Of a stretch of DNA of 64,000 nucleotides, positions 37,482-49,731 are shown one piece after another. Under the pieces are notes generated by a model. The model saw only the letters and a program-made list of their open reading frames with translations. It was not told where the DNA came from and ran no database searches. Within the stretch, counting starts at the first letter, position 1; each line of letters starts with the position of its first letter. The DNA is from Mobula birostris (Eukaryota). The position numbers were made by a program, and so were the translations under genes. The DNA lies in contig NC_092393.1 in NCBI RefSeq assembly GCF_030028105.1, positions 47,378,125 to 47,442,124 on the forward strand, read 5' to 3'.

Positions 37482-39039
37482 AATTATAGACCTGTATTCT
37501 CAGATCCCTTTGTTCTACCACACTCCTCACTAACCTACCGTTCTCTGTGTAATACCTAAGCTGTTTGTTCCTACTGAAGTGCAACACTTTTCACTTGTCT
37601 GCATTAAATTCTGTCTGACATTTTCAATCCATTTTTCCAGCTAGTCCAGATCCTGCTGCAAGCAATGATAGTCTTCTTCGCCGTCCTTTGCACCCCCAAT
37701 CTTAGTGTCATCCACAAATCTGCTGATCAAGTCAACCACGTTATCATCCAGATCTTTGATATAGACGATAAACAACAGCAGACCCAGCATTGATCCCTGC
37801 GGCACTCTACTAGTCACATTCCTCCAGTCAGAGAGGCAAACATCGACTACAGCCCTCTGGTTTCTCTCACAAAGCCAATGTCTAATGCAGTTTACTACCT
37901 CATCTTGAATGCCAAGCAAATGAACTTTCTTGACCAATTTCCCATGCAGAACTTTGTCAAATGCTTTGCTAAAGTCCATGTAGACAACATCCACTGTGCT
38001 GCCTTCATCAACTTTCCTGGTAAATTCCTCAAAAAACTTTGGTTAGACATGACCTACCATGCACAAAGCCATGCTGACTATCCCTAATCAGGCCCCATCT
38101 TTCGAAATACTCATATATCTGGTCTCTTAGAATATCTTCTATTAAGTTTCCTACTACTGATGTCAGGCTCACTGGCCTATAATTTTCTGTGTTTTTTTTA
38201 GTGCTTTTCTTAAGCAGTAGAACAACATTGGCTATCCTCCAATCTTCTGGTACCTCACCTTTTGATAAGGATGATTTAAAAATCTCTGTTAGGGCCCCTG
38301 CAATTTCTGTACTCGCCTCCCACAGGGTCCAAGGTAACTCCCTGTCAGCCTCTGGAGATGTATTCATCCTAAATTGCCTCAAGACAGCAAACACACCCTC
38401 CTCTGTAATCCGTATAGGGACCATGACCTTACTGCTGCTTTGCCTCACTTCTATAGATTCTGTGTATATCTCCTGAGAAAATACAGATGCAACAAAAATC
38501 ATCTTAAGATCTTCCCCATCTCTTTTGGCTCCATGCATAGATTACCATACTGATTTCCAGAAGACCAATTTTGTACCTTGTAATCCCTTTGATCTTAAAA
38601 TATCGGTAGAAATCCTTAGAATTCTCCTTTACCTTGTCTGCTGGGGATCTTCATGCCTTCTTTTAGCCTTCCTGATTTCTTTTTTTAAGTGTTCTCTTGT
38701 ATTTCTCATACTCCATAAGCACCTCCTTGTTCCTACCTGCTTATACCTGCAATGCACCTCTTTTCATTTCTTAACCAGGGCCTCGAGGTCTCTTGAAAGC
38801 CAAGGGTCCCTAAACCTGTTATGTTTACCTTTTATTCTGATAGGCACTTGCAAGCTTTGTACTCTCAAAATTTCACTTTTGAAGGTCTCCCACTTATCAA
38901 GTACACTTTCGCCAGATCCTGTCACAATTCACAATTGCTAGATCCTTTCTGATACCATCAAAATCAGTATTTCTCCAGTTTAGAATCTCAACCCACTGAA
39001 CAGACCTATGTTTTTCCATGTTTACTTTGAAACTAATGC

Positions 39040-39745
39040 TTCTGATTGCTAACCACCTCCCCCTTCCCATCAACAAGGCAACAACTCCTCTCCCACATCC
39101 ACATCAGCAATAAAAAGCACTGGCACTCTCCACCGAGCACACAAGTGTGCAGCACAGCATCAGTAAAGACACAGACTTGCAATACCCTAAAGACTACTCA
39201 TTCATCTGGTAATTTGACATACCACAGACTCTCTTTCTCTCCCTATTAAGGGAAAAATGAGGTGTCCCCGTTTCACAGCAACGAGGGTAACATAACAAAC
39301 AACTCGCTGATTTTGTCTGCTTCATTGCTCTTTCTGAGCCCAGCACCCAGAGAATCGGCCCCAAGGCTCAAGTCTCTGGACACACTGCCGGCAGCTAATC
39401 CATTGCTCCCGACGTTTCCGTGTTCCCCTGCGCCGCTTCAGTCGGGGGAACCAGCCTTGAATCAACCTGTCTCCAGCGCCACGAAAATCTGGCACCCTGA
39501 AGGCATGGTCACCTTCCAGGCCACGTCCTTGGGATATCAAAAAGCGGCTGGTTGTGAGGCCCTGACAGCAGGTCACATTTCCACAAAGAACCAAAGTCAG
39601 AGTGTAACTCCAGGTCAGGGTCTTCAAAACAACCCTGAAAAGGAAAAAAGACAGAGATATCAAAGATAGAAAAAGAGCTGTTTCTGAAGATGCAAGCAAA
39701 GGAGCCGCCATTTAGCGGCATCTTGACTATGCTTCGCCCTCTGAC
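39040..39745 (-). mobile_element. Non-coding insertion with YY1-like 5' end, replacing part of the CR1 endonuclease
   Basis: Minus strand begins gtcaagatgccgctaaatggcggc. CR1 sequence stops at about 39039 and resumes at about 39755. Confidence 0.65.
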
Positions 39746-41464
39746 CAGTCTTATCTCTCTCTACAAATTTGATCCGCTAAATCATCTGGACTGCTGGGTG
39801 GTCTATAAAATTGCCCCATTAACATGATCATACCTTTCCTATTCCTCAGTTCCACCCAAAAAACCTCATTAGACGAGTTCCCCGGTTTGTCCTGACTGAG
39901 CACCGCACTGACAGTTTCTCTGAATAGTGCCTCTACCCCTCCCCCTTTAATCCCTCCCATCATATCATAACTAAAACAATGGAACCCCAGAATATTGAGT
40001 TGCCAGTCCTTCCCCTCCTGCAGCTACATGTCCTGAGCTCATCTGCCTTTCCTACGATACTTCTTGCATTGAAGTACACACAGCTCAGAACATTAGTCTC
40101 ATTATGCTCAACCTTTTGACTCCTGACTTTGTCTGAGGTCTTAAGATCTGTCTCCATAACCTCTCCACCCTCTGTGCTGGTACTCTAGAGCCCATCCCCT
40201 CCACCACCACAGCACTAGTAAACTTTTGTGCAGGGATATTATTCCCTTTCCTGTTCAAGTGCAAACCATCTCTTCTGTACAGGTCCCACCTTTCCTGGAT
40301 GAGAGCCCAATGATCTGAAATTCTGATGCCCTTTTTCCTTCACCAACTCCTTAGCCACATGATAAACTGTATGATCTTCCTCTTTCTGACATCACTACCA
40401 GCACATAGCATGGTTAGCAATCCTGTGATCACAACCCTGGAGATCCTGTCCTTTAACTTAGCATCTAACTCCCTGAACTCAGTTTGTAGAACCTCATCAC
40501 TCTTCCTACCTTTGTCATTGGTGACTTCATGGACCATGGCATCAGTCTGCTAACCCTTCCACTTGAGAACGCGGAGGATATGATCTAAGATGTCCCAGAC
40601 TCTTGCACCCAGAAGGCAACATACCATCCAGGAATCTCATTCTTATCCACAGAACATCCTTTCTGTTTCCCTAACTAATGAATAACTTATAACCATAGCT
40701 TGCCTCTTCTCCCCCCTTCCATTCTGAGCCACAGAGCGGGACTCAGTGATCTGACCACTCTGACTTTCCTCTGCTATGTCATCCCCTCAACAGTATCCAA
40801 AGTGGTACAACTGTTGTTGAGGGTAATAAACACAGGGTACTCTGCACTGGCTGTTTAACCTCTTTCCTCTTCCTGACTGTCACCCTGTATCCTGCACATT
40901 GGGTATAACTAGCTCTCTATTTGTCCGAAATACCACCCCCTCAGCCTCCCAAATGATCTGGAGTTCATCCAATTCCAGCTCCAACTCTTTAACATGGAGT
41001 GTTAGAAGTTGCAACTGGATGCACTTTTTGCAGGTGAAGTTGTCAGGGACACTGAGGTCTCCCCTGCCTTCCCAAATAATGCAAGAGAAGCATTCAACTA
41101 AACTGCCTGACATCCCTACTGTTCTAACTGTGCAAATATGAAGAAGGAAACAATAACCAGACTTGAAAAAAAAACTACCTGCACCTTCTTCACCATATCT
41201 TACTCAATCATCTCCTCGCTGAACCCTTGTAGAGCTAAAGCCTTAAATAACCACTCTTACACTATCCACGCCAACAAAGGCCACTCCAGAAATACCGCTC
41301 CAATTGCCCCAGCCTTATTTCTATCTGTTCTTGCCAATTGCTTCCGATCACTGATTGGCCACCACTCAAAACTCTAAATTGCCATGAATCGACTCCTTAT
41401 GTATTCAATTGGCAAACGTGTGTGAGCTACGTCTTCTCATGCTTCTGACTGCAAATTGACAGCT

Positions 41465-42992
41465 GCTCAAAAAATAAACAAATAAACAACATGGGATAAA
41501 GAGTCCTTGAGACTAGGTCCATTGGTTGTGGGAACAGTTCAGTGATGGGGCAAATAAAGTTGAGTGAAGATAACCCCTCTGTTTCACCAGCCTTATGGGT
41601 GAGGGATAATAACTGTTCTTGAATCTGCTGATGTGCATACTGAGGCTCCTATACATTGTTCCTGATGGCAGCAGAGAGAAAAGAGCATGGCTTGGGTCGT
41701 AGGGGTTTTGGATGATGGATGCTGCTTTCCTGGTGATGTGTGCAATGGTAGGAAGTCTTTATAGACAGGGCTATAGCTACTACTCTTTTTAGGATTTTTA
41801 CGTTATTGTGTTTCTGTCAATATCACCCATCCACCACCCATCTATAGAAATTTGTCAAAGTTTTAGATGCCGTGCCAAATCTTTGCAAATTTCTAAGGAA
41901 ATAGAGCTTCTGCCATGCTTTCTTTGCAATCTCACTTCTGTGCTGGACCCAGGATAGATCCTATGAAATAATAATACTGAGGAATTTAAAGTTGCTGGAA
42001 CTCTCCACTTCTGATCCTCCAGTGAGGACTGGCTTATGGACCTCCAGTTCCCTCCTTGCAAAGTCAATAATCAGCTCCTTGGTCTTGCTGACATTGAGTG
42101 AGAGGTTGTTGCTGCAGCACCACTGTAATGTTGAATCAGATTCGTAGGTTTGGCAAGTGAGACAGGAAGTGCACTGACTTTGAATAGATATATTAATCAT
42201 TTATTTCCAAAGAGTAAAAGTTCAACAAAACATTCATGTTACCCAAGTTACAGACACTACAACACTGAATATCCAATGAGCATTCATACATTCAACGGTG
42301 CATATATAGAGAATACCTTCTCAATGATCATTTGCATCCTTGCATTAAACAAAGGAAGAAGAGGGAAAGCCCCTTCCATGTGCTATTTTACATACCCAGG
42401 ATATTTGAAGCTGGACACCAGGCATCTATCCAACGGGGAAAGCAGCTGCAGTTTCTAAACTAACCAGTCACAACGGAATTGACTTTTGACAGTCAGAATA
42501 ATGCACACCCCCACAGGACAACCACTCAGCCAGATTTTCAATCTCTCTCCTACATGCTGATTCATTATCGCCTTTGATCCGGCCAGCAACAATAGTGTCA
42601 GCTGCAAACTTGCATATGGCATTGGGGCTGTGCTTAGCCTCACAGCCATAAGTATAAAGTGAGTAGAGAAGGAGGCTAAGCACACAGCCTTGTGGTGCAC
42701 CTGTGCTAATGGAGATGTTGTTGCCAATCCGATCTGACTGGGGTCGGCAAGTGAGGAAATAGATGATCCGATTGCACAAGGAGTTTTTGAGGCCAAGGTC
42801 TTGGAGCTTATTGATTAGTTCTGAGGGGATCATGGTTTTGAATGCTGAACTATAGTTGATATAGAGCATCCTGATGTATGCATCTTTGCTGTCCAGTTGT
42901 TCCATGGTTCAGTGCAGAGCCAATGAAATAGCATCTGCAGTGGACCTGTTGTGCCAGTAGGCAAATTGGAGTGGATCCAAGTCACTTCTCTG
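41465..42992 (-). mobile_element. Rex1/Babar LINE RT fragment interrupted by a solo LTR
   Basis: [42 protein letters not shown] (42468-42905) and NNLSLNVSKTKELIIDF (41961-42200). Confidence 0.93.
42124..42520 (-). mobile_element. Solo LTR (397 bp)
   Basis: TG...CA termini, perfect 5-bp TSD ACCAC (42119-42123, 42521-42525). On the minus strand a TATA-like box (42301-42310) precedes AATAAA (42200-42205). Removing it restores the Rex sequence. Confidence 0.9.
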
Positions 42993-43004
42993 GCTGCAGA
43001 AAAA

Positions 43005-45105
43005 TGGCTGACAGTCAGGAAGGGGAGAAGGATGAAGGGGACAGTGCAGAGTACCCCTGTGCCTATCCCCTTAACAGCCGGTATATCACTTTGGATACGG
43101 TCGGGGGAGGGGGGAATGATCTAACAGAGGAAAACTACAGAGGTTGGGTCTCTGGCATGGAGTCTGTCTCTGTGACTCAGAAGGGAAGGGGGCAGAAGAG
43201 GCATGCTATGGTGATAGGGAATTCATTAGTTAGGGGGATGGACCGGAGGTTCTGTAGGTGAAAAAGAGATTCCCAGATGGTACGTTGTCTCTTGGGTGCC
43301 GGAGTCTGGGATATCTCGGATCGAGTCCTCAGCATTCCTGAGTGGGGAAGGTGAACAGCCAGAAGTTGTGTTCCACGTAGGTACCAAAGACGTGGTTAGG
43401 ATGAGTGAGGAGGTTTTGCATAAGGTGTTCAAGGAGTTAGGTGCTAAGTTAAAGGGCAGGACCTCCAGGATTGTGACCTGAGGAATGCTACCCATGCCAT
43501 GTGCTAGTAATGCCAGAACTAGGAAGATTATACAGTTTAATATGTGGCTAAGGAGTTGTTGTAAGAGGGAGGACTTAAGATTTTTGGATCATTGGGTTCT
43601 CTTCCAGGGAAGGTGGAACCTGTACAGAAGGGAGGGGTACTATTATCCCAGCGGGAAGGTTTGTTAATTCTGCACAACGGGTTTAAGCTAGAGTTGCAGG
43701 GGGTAGGGAATCGGAGTGCAGAACAGTTAGTAGAGAAGTTGTGAAGGCAGATCTTGGTAAGATGCTAGACAAAGTTAGGAATCAAAAGGTTAAGAGTGGT
43801 GCAACTAATGTCCTGAGCTGCATAATTTCAATGTAAGAGATACCCTAGGAAAGGCTGATAATAGTGCTGAAGATGAGGTAGCAAAGAGCAATAATGTATC
43901 ATGCGGAGAGGCCGTTTATAGGGCAAATTTGTAGTCTACAGGATGAGTTGCAACATAAAAGGTGGAAAAAATTGAAAAGGGTGAATACAGGACTGCAGGT
44001 GTATTTGAATGCTCGCAGTATATGGAATAAGGTAGATGAACTTGCAGCACAGATGCAGATTGCTAATATGATGTTGTGGGCATCACTGAATCATGGCTGA
44101 TAACTGGGAGCTCAATGTCCAAGGATGCACGTTGTTCCAAAAGGACAGGCAGTTAGGCAGAGGGGTTGGTGCTGCTCTGTTGATAAAAAATTAAATCAAA
44201 TCATTAGAAAGAGGTGACATAGGATTGGAAGGTGTTGAATCATTGTGGTAGACCTAAGGAAATGCAAAGGTAAAAAGACCCCGATGGGTATTGTATGCAG
44301 ATCCCCAAACAGTAGCAAGGATGTGGCATATAAATTACAATGGGAGATAGAAAATGCATTTCAAAAGGGCAATATTACAATATTCATGGAGACTTCAATA
44401 TGCAGGTAGATTTGTAAAATCAGGATGGCGCTGGATTCCAGGAGGGGGAGTTTCTAGAGTGGCTCTGAGATGACTTTTTAAGAGCAGCTCATGGTTGGGC
44501 CCACTGGAGGGGGAGCTATCTGGACTGGGTGTTGTACAATGAACCACAATTGGTTACAGAACTTAAGGTAAAAGAACCCATTGGGGAAGTGATCATAATA
44601 TGATCAAATTCACCCTGAAATTTGAGAAGGAGAAGTTAAAGTCAGACGTATCAGTATTACAGAGAATAACAGGGGCAGGAGAAAAGAGTTGGATAGAATT
44701 AATTGGAAAAGAATGCTGGCAGGGATGATGGCAGAGCAGCAATGGCTGGACTTCCTGGATGCAAATTGGATGGCGTAGGATATATGTCTCAAATATGCAG
44801 AAGTTTTCTAAAGGAAAGATGACACAACCATGGCTAACTAGAGAAGTCAAAGCCAACATAAATGCCAAAAAAAGACCAAACATTAGTGGGAAGGCTTTTG
44901 ACGAAGTGCCACACATTAGGCTGCTTAACAAGCTATGAGCCCCTGGCATTACAAGAAAGATTCTACCATGGTAAAGCAGTGGCTGAATGGCAGGAGGCGA
45001 AGAGAGGGAATAAAGGGAGCCTCTTCTGGTTGGCTGCTGGTGACTAGTGGTGTTCCACAGGGGTCTGTGTTGGGACTGATTCTTTTTATATCAATGATTT
45101 GGATA
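43005..45105 (+). mobile_element. CR1 fragment: ORF1 esterase, EN, deleted RT; chimeric type
   Basis: VIGNSLVRGMDRRFC, QPEVVFHVGTKD, VYLNARSIWNKVDEL, VTSGVPQGSVLG. Confidence 0.93.
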
Positions 45106-45602
45106 ATGGCTTTGAAGCAGGTGATTAACTCAGACTGCCAAAGTGAGATATTAAAGATATCTGTGAATTACTTGGTTTCACACCATTTTGTTGACCAGAA
45201 TTTGCATTCAGCAGCGAAGGGACAAAGCTGGTGATCTGATAAAATGCCGTCAAATAATTATTGATTGATCTGTGGCATTCTTCTTCCTGATATGTGGGAC
45301 CCTTGGCATTCTATATCTGTGCAACTTAACTTATTAACAAATGATCTGAGACAGTTGGTAAGGAGCAAGTAAACAATTCATTTTTGACCCAGCTCCAAAT
45401 ATTTTGCACAGAATGATGAAGATAAGTGGAAATTTAAACACCTAAATAGAATAAATACATAAACGAAGATAAATAGAAATTTGATCAGCAAGTAAAAGAA
45501 TTTTCATTATTTCAAAAAGGCATAGATTTTGAATTAATTATTTGTTGGCAACGGCACTTCGCACATAGATACTCTCAGTCACCACCACATAGATACCCTC
45601 AG

Positions 45603-45720
45603 TACCTAATAAAGTGGCCACTGAGTTTATGTCTATAGTCTCGTGGTCTGCTTCCATAGCCTATCCATTTCAAGGTTCAATGTGTTGCGCATTCAGGGAT
45701 GCTCTTCCGCACGTCACTGG
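45603..45720. mobile_element. Probable Tc1/mariner-derived MITE fragment
   Basis: tacctaataaagtggccactgagt resembles, from memory, the TIR of Tc1-like elements of fish and rays, followed by ttcaaggttcaatgtgttgcgcattcag. No second TIR seen. Confidence 0.5.
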
Positions 45721-45900
45721 AGCAACACACACAAGATGCTGCACAAACTCAGAAGGTCAGGCAGCATCTATAGGGGGGGAATAAGCAATTGATATTTCAG
45801 GCCTAGACCATTCAATCAGGGCTGTAAACGAATGGAGAAAAATTCAGAATAAGATGGTGCGTGGAGAGGAAGCAGTGCAACTAGCAGATCAGAGGTGGAA
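45720..45900 (-). mobile_element. Penelope-like pseudo-LTR fragment
   Basis: gcaacacacacaagatgctg...gtcaggcagcatctat, the reverse of the pLTR tail. Confidence 0.78.
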
Positions 45901-46104
45901 ACGCTCTTATTCTAGTTTGAAATCATGGTCTAGAATTTGCAGTGCATTTTTGGAGAAACAATAGCCGCTCAGATATTGGCAACATCTGACAGGTGTCTGT
46001 ACTAGGCTATAGGACCCCAAAGTAGCAGTGATAGAGAATTCTAAAAGCAAAGAATATTGAATCACCTGCTGAAAAAGAAATACAATTAAAAACTACAGTT
46101 AGTT

Positions 46105-46440
46105 GGGAGAATGGCTGCCTCACAGCACCTGAGAACTGGGTTCAATCCTGAACTAGGAAGTGGTACAGTCCTGTACCTCTTCCTAGAGATGCTGCCTGGC
46201 CTGCTGCGTTCACCAGCAACTTTGATGTGTGTTGCTTGAATTTCCAGCATCTGCAGAATTCCTGTTGTTTTCAATCCTGAACTTGTCTTTTGGCTGTGTG
46301 GAGTTTCCTCAGGGTGTTTCCTCCCACAGTCCAAAGACTTATGGGTTGGTAGGTTAATTGGCAGCTGCAAATTACCACTCATGTGCAGATGAGAGGTAAA
46401 TTCTCGGCAGAGTTGACGGTAATATAGAATTAATGAAGGA
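46105..46440 (+). mobile_element. HE1-like V-SINE split at its B box by a Penelope insertion
   Basis: gctgcctcacagcacc..gggttcaatcctg head; tttcctcccacagtccaaagac and taggttaattgg V-domain. Confidence 0.85.
46155..46269 (+). mobile_element. Young Penelope pseudo-LTR insertion with inverted 5' end and 14-bp TSD
   Basis: ttcaatcctgaact at both 46141-46154 and 46270-46283. 46153-46168 is the reverse complement (15/16) of 46171-46186. Confidence 0.92.
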
Positions 46441-46619
46441 TTTTGTGTTTGAAGGCCGGTGCTGCTCGAGAGCCTGTAAGACCAGGTTCTGTGCGGTAAC
46501 ACCATGCATTTAAGCTATGTGTTTGGTGTGGTAGGTCGGCGGAACTTAAACATTATCAGTAATGTGTCTGTCAATACATTACAGGAACAATGTCAATGCA
46601 AGTGGAAAACGTGAACAGC

Positions 46620-46980
46620 AGGTTTGTGAGGAAGTTGTCAGGACAAGAAAATTGCAGCTTTGAGAAAAGATTGGATAAGCTATGGTTGTTTTCTTTAAAA
46701 CAGAGGAAATTGAGGGGAGACATATTTGAAATGTATAAAATGATGAGGAGCCTCAATGGAATAAAATGAAAGAAACTGTTTCCCTTAGTGGAGGGGTCAA
46801 AAACCAGGGGGCACAGAATTAATATAATTGGCAGAAGGGTTAGAGGGGAGCTGAGGAAAACACTTCTACTCACAGGGTGGTGGGAGTCTGGGAGCTCACC
46901 GCCTGAAAGGGTGGTGAAGACAGGACACTCAGCATGTTTAGACAGTCTTCAGATGCATACTTGAAGGGTGCAGAGGGGAT
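46620..46980 (+). mobile_element. Old CR1 3' fragment
   Basis: cagaggaaattgaggggagacatatttgaaatgtataaaatgatgagg (RKLRGDIFEMYKMMR). Confidence 0.82.
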
Positions 46981-46991
46981 TTATTAATATT

Positions 46992-47438
46992 TGTGACAAC
47001 ATTGTCACTTATAGACTTGGTGTCATTTGCCCTTCGGGCCTCTGTGGCTTGCCATAGAGCATTGGGCTTCTGGGTTCTCAAACACCTGTATTTATTCATT
47101 GTTAGAGCTGTTAAACCCAGGGGCTTTTGGTTTACCTTGTCAAGTTCATTGTCACTGGCACGCGTTTCCCGCTTTCTATGATTATTTAAAGGGGACTCTC
47201 ATCGTGCTCTGTTCGCAAAGTCCTGCTGCTTCTCGCAGGATGATTTGTGTCACGGTGTCACTTGGTCATGCCCCGATGCTCTGCTGGTATTTCTATGTCC
47301 AACCTCTTGTTTCCGTCTCTTCATGGGGAGCTTCATTCCTCTGCTCCCTGGTAGAGTCGGTGCCTGCGACCACTGTGGCGTTGAGAATCTGCTGTTCTTC
47401 CAAACTTGGGTCCAGTCCTGAGAGCGTGCATTATGATA
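46992..47438 (+). mobile_element. Possible old solo LTR
   Basis: Begins tgtgaca, ends ...cttgggtcc...tatgata, and appears to interrupt a CR1 3' UTR. No clean TSD or CA end. Confidence 0.4.
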
Positions 47439-47989
47439 CTTGGTATTGGAAAATGACATTAAACTGGGTGACAGATACTCCGGGACAAATTGTCTCCTCC
47501 ACATCATAAATTTTCTATGATTCAATGTTTATTATGTTATTGATTTTTTTAAAATTGTCATCCATTATTCAGCACTTGTGTGCCATTAAAGTAGCTACTC
47601 CCTTTGGTATTAAACTTGCCCAATGAACAAAAGCTGGCCCAGAGCAGTTGTCACATCCCCCCACCCGACCACTTCTTTCTTGTCTGTGGCCCAATCCCTC
47701 AGTGAAGAAGTTCAGATAATTGTTCAGATGAAATATTGAAGAGGAGGAATAAAGTAAGTAAAAGCTAAAATTAAATAGTGTGAAGAAACAGCAGCAGTCT
47801 CTATAGTGCACCCAGCACACATTCAAAGCAATAACTGGTACCCCTTCCCTTTACTGCATGAAATTATAGTCACGGAGCCATTGAAATGTACAACAATAAA
47901 ACAGGTTCAATGGCCAACAGAGTCCAACTAGTTATTAAACACTGATTTACACTCAACTTTCCCTCACCCCAATTTCCCAACACTAATAC

Positions 47990-48515
47990 TCAGGAACGGA
48001 TAAACCCACGAAAAGTAACGTATACAGTCCAGCCCATCACAGGAAAAGTCCTTCCCAACATTGAGCATTCCCTACAAGGGATGCTGTTGCAGGAAAGCAG
48101 CATCCAAAGTCCTCCACCATCTGTGCTATGCTGTCTTCTCAATGCTGCAGTCAGGAAAGAGGTGCAGGAGCCTTAGGTTCCACACCACCAAGTTCAGGAA
48201 TAGTTATTGCCCTTCAACTATCAGGCTCCTGAACCAGCATGAATAACTTCAACACTGAATTATTCCGCAAACTATGGACTCAATTTCAAGGGCTCTGCAA
48301 CTCAGGCTATATTTCCATGTCCTTAATATTTATTTTGTGATTGCACAGATTGTCTTATGCATCTTAGGTACTTGTCTGCCTTTTTTCTTGACTCCATTGT
48401 GTTTCTTTGCCTCTACTGTGAATGTCTGCAAGGAAGTGAATTGCAGGCTAATATTGTATATAGTGACATATAATATAGGGCATTGATAATAAATTTACTT
48501 TGAATTTTGAACTTT
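47990..48515 (+). mobile_element. Rex1/Babar 3' fragment
   Basis: QSGKRCRSLRFHTTKFRNSYCPSTIRLLN and the gataataaatttactttgaattttgaac tail. Confidence 0.85.
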
Positions 48516-48570
48516 TATTCTGTACACATTTCTGTGAACTCTCTTTGACTCTGTCTTTGATACACGAGAG

Positions 48571-48652
48571 CAAGGGGCTTCCAGCCTGGGGTCCAAAGGA
48601 CCCCTCGGTTAATGGCAAGGGTCCATGGCATTAAAAAGGTTGGGAACCCCTG
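48571..48652. mobile_element. About 80-bp hAT-type MITE
   Basis: Ends caaggggcttccagcc / ggttgggaacccctg, similar to the TIRs of 36253-37481. TSD not preserved. Confidence 0.65.
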
Positions 48653-48862
48653 CATTCCACAGTGGTCAATTAACCTACCTACCAAGATGTCTTTGGGATC
48701 CAGAGCACCTGGAGGAAACACACTGGGACCACAGGACGTCATGTAAACTCTATATTGCGGCATTTAGAATGGCAAATGAACAGGCAGGGACAGAATGATA
48801 TCCCATGCAGAGGCTGATGGGATGTTAGATTGGCATCATGATTGGCACAGACTTGGTGGACT

Positions 48863-49650
48863 TACAGTTATAGTCATACTTTATTGATCCCGGGGGAAAT
48901 TGGTTTTCATTACAGTTGCACCATAAATAATTAAATAGTAATAAAACCATAAATAATTAAATAGTAATATGTAAATTATGCCAGGAAATAAGTCCAGGAC
49001 CAGCCTATTGGCTCAGGGTGTCTGACCCTCCAAGGGAGGAGTTGTAAAGTTTGATGGCCACAGGCAGAAGTGACTTCCTATGATGCTCCGTGTTGCATCT
49101 CGGTGGAATGAGTCTCTAGCTGAAAGTACTCCTGTGCCCAACCAGTACATTATGTAGTGGATGGGAGACATTGTCCAAGATGGCATGCAACTTGGACAGC
49201 ATCCTCTTTTCAGACACCACTGTCAGAGAGTCCAGTTCCATCCCCACAACATCATTGGCCTTACGAATGAGTTTGTTGATTCTGTTGGTGTCTGCTACCC
49301 TCAGCATGCTGCCCCAGCACACAACAGCAAACATGATCGCACTGGCCACCACAGACTCGTAGAACATCTTCAGCATCGTCCGGCAGATGTTAAAGGACCT
49401 CAGTCTCCTCAGGAAATAGAGACGGCTCTGACCCTTCTTGTAGACAGCCTCAGTGTTCTTTGACCAGTCCAGTTTATTGTCAATTCGTATCTCCAGGTAT
49501 TTGTAATCCTCCACCATGTCCACACTGACCCCCTGGATGGAATCAGAGGTCACCGGTACCTTAACTCTCCTCAGGTCTACCACCAGCTCCTTAGTCCTTT
49601 TCACATTAAGCTGCAGATAATTCTGCTCACACCATGTGACAAAGTTTCCT
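48863..49650 (-). mobile_element. Young Rex1 LINE, 5'-truncated
   Basis: ORF 49116-49604 TKELVVDLRR..YKKGQSRLYFLRRLRSFNI..FAVVCWG; tail aataaagtatgactat; inserted in a CR1 3' UTR. Confidence 0.95.
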
Positions 49651-49731
49651 TATTGCCGTACTGTTCTATGTTCTATATTCAGATAGCATTAGAGGTCAGG
49701 ACTGAATCCTGGTCACAGGAGCTATGAGTCG

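Larger units (their letters stand above)
35575..41460 (-). mobile_element. Near full-length but inactivated CR1 LINE (ORF1, EN, RT, 3' UTR) with two nested insertions
   Basis: ECFSCIIWE..TCKKCIQLQLL (40880-41113), YFNARSIVGKADEL, FYRPPSS, NYRPVSLTSVVG..SQHGFVHGRSCLT (38029-38538), DVVYMDFSKAFDKV..VPQGSMLG..FVDDTK (37641-37994). Confidence 0.95.

Noticed and set aside
47027-47509. 160-aa ORF
   Set aside because: Lies in a probable solo LTR; no domain motif or splice support.
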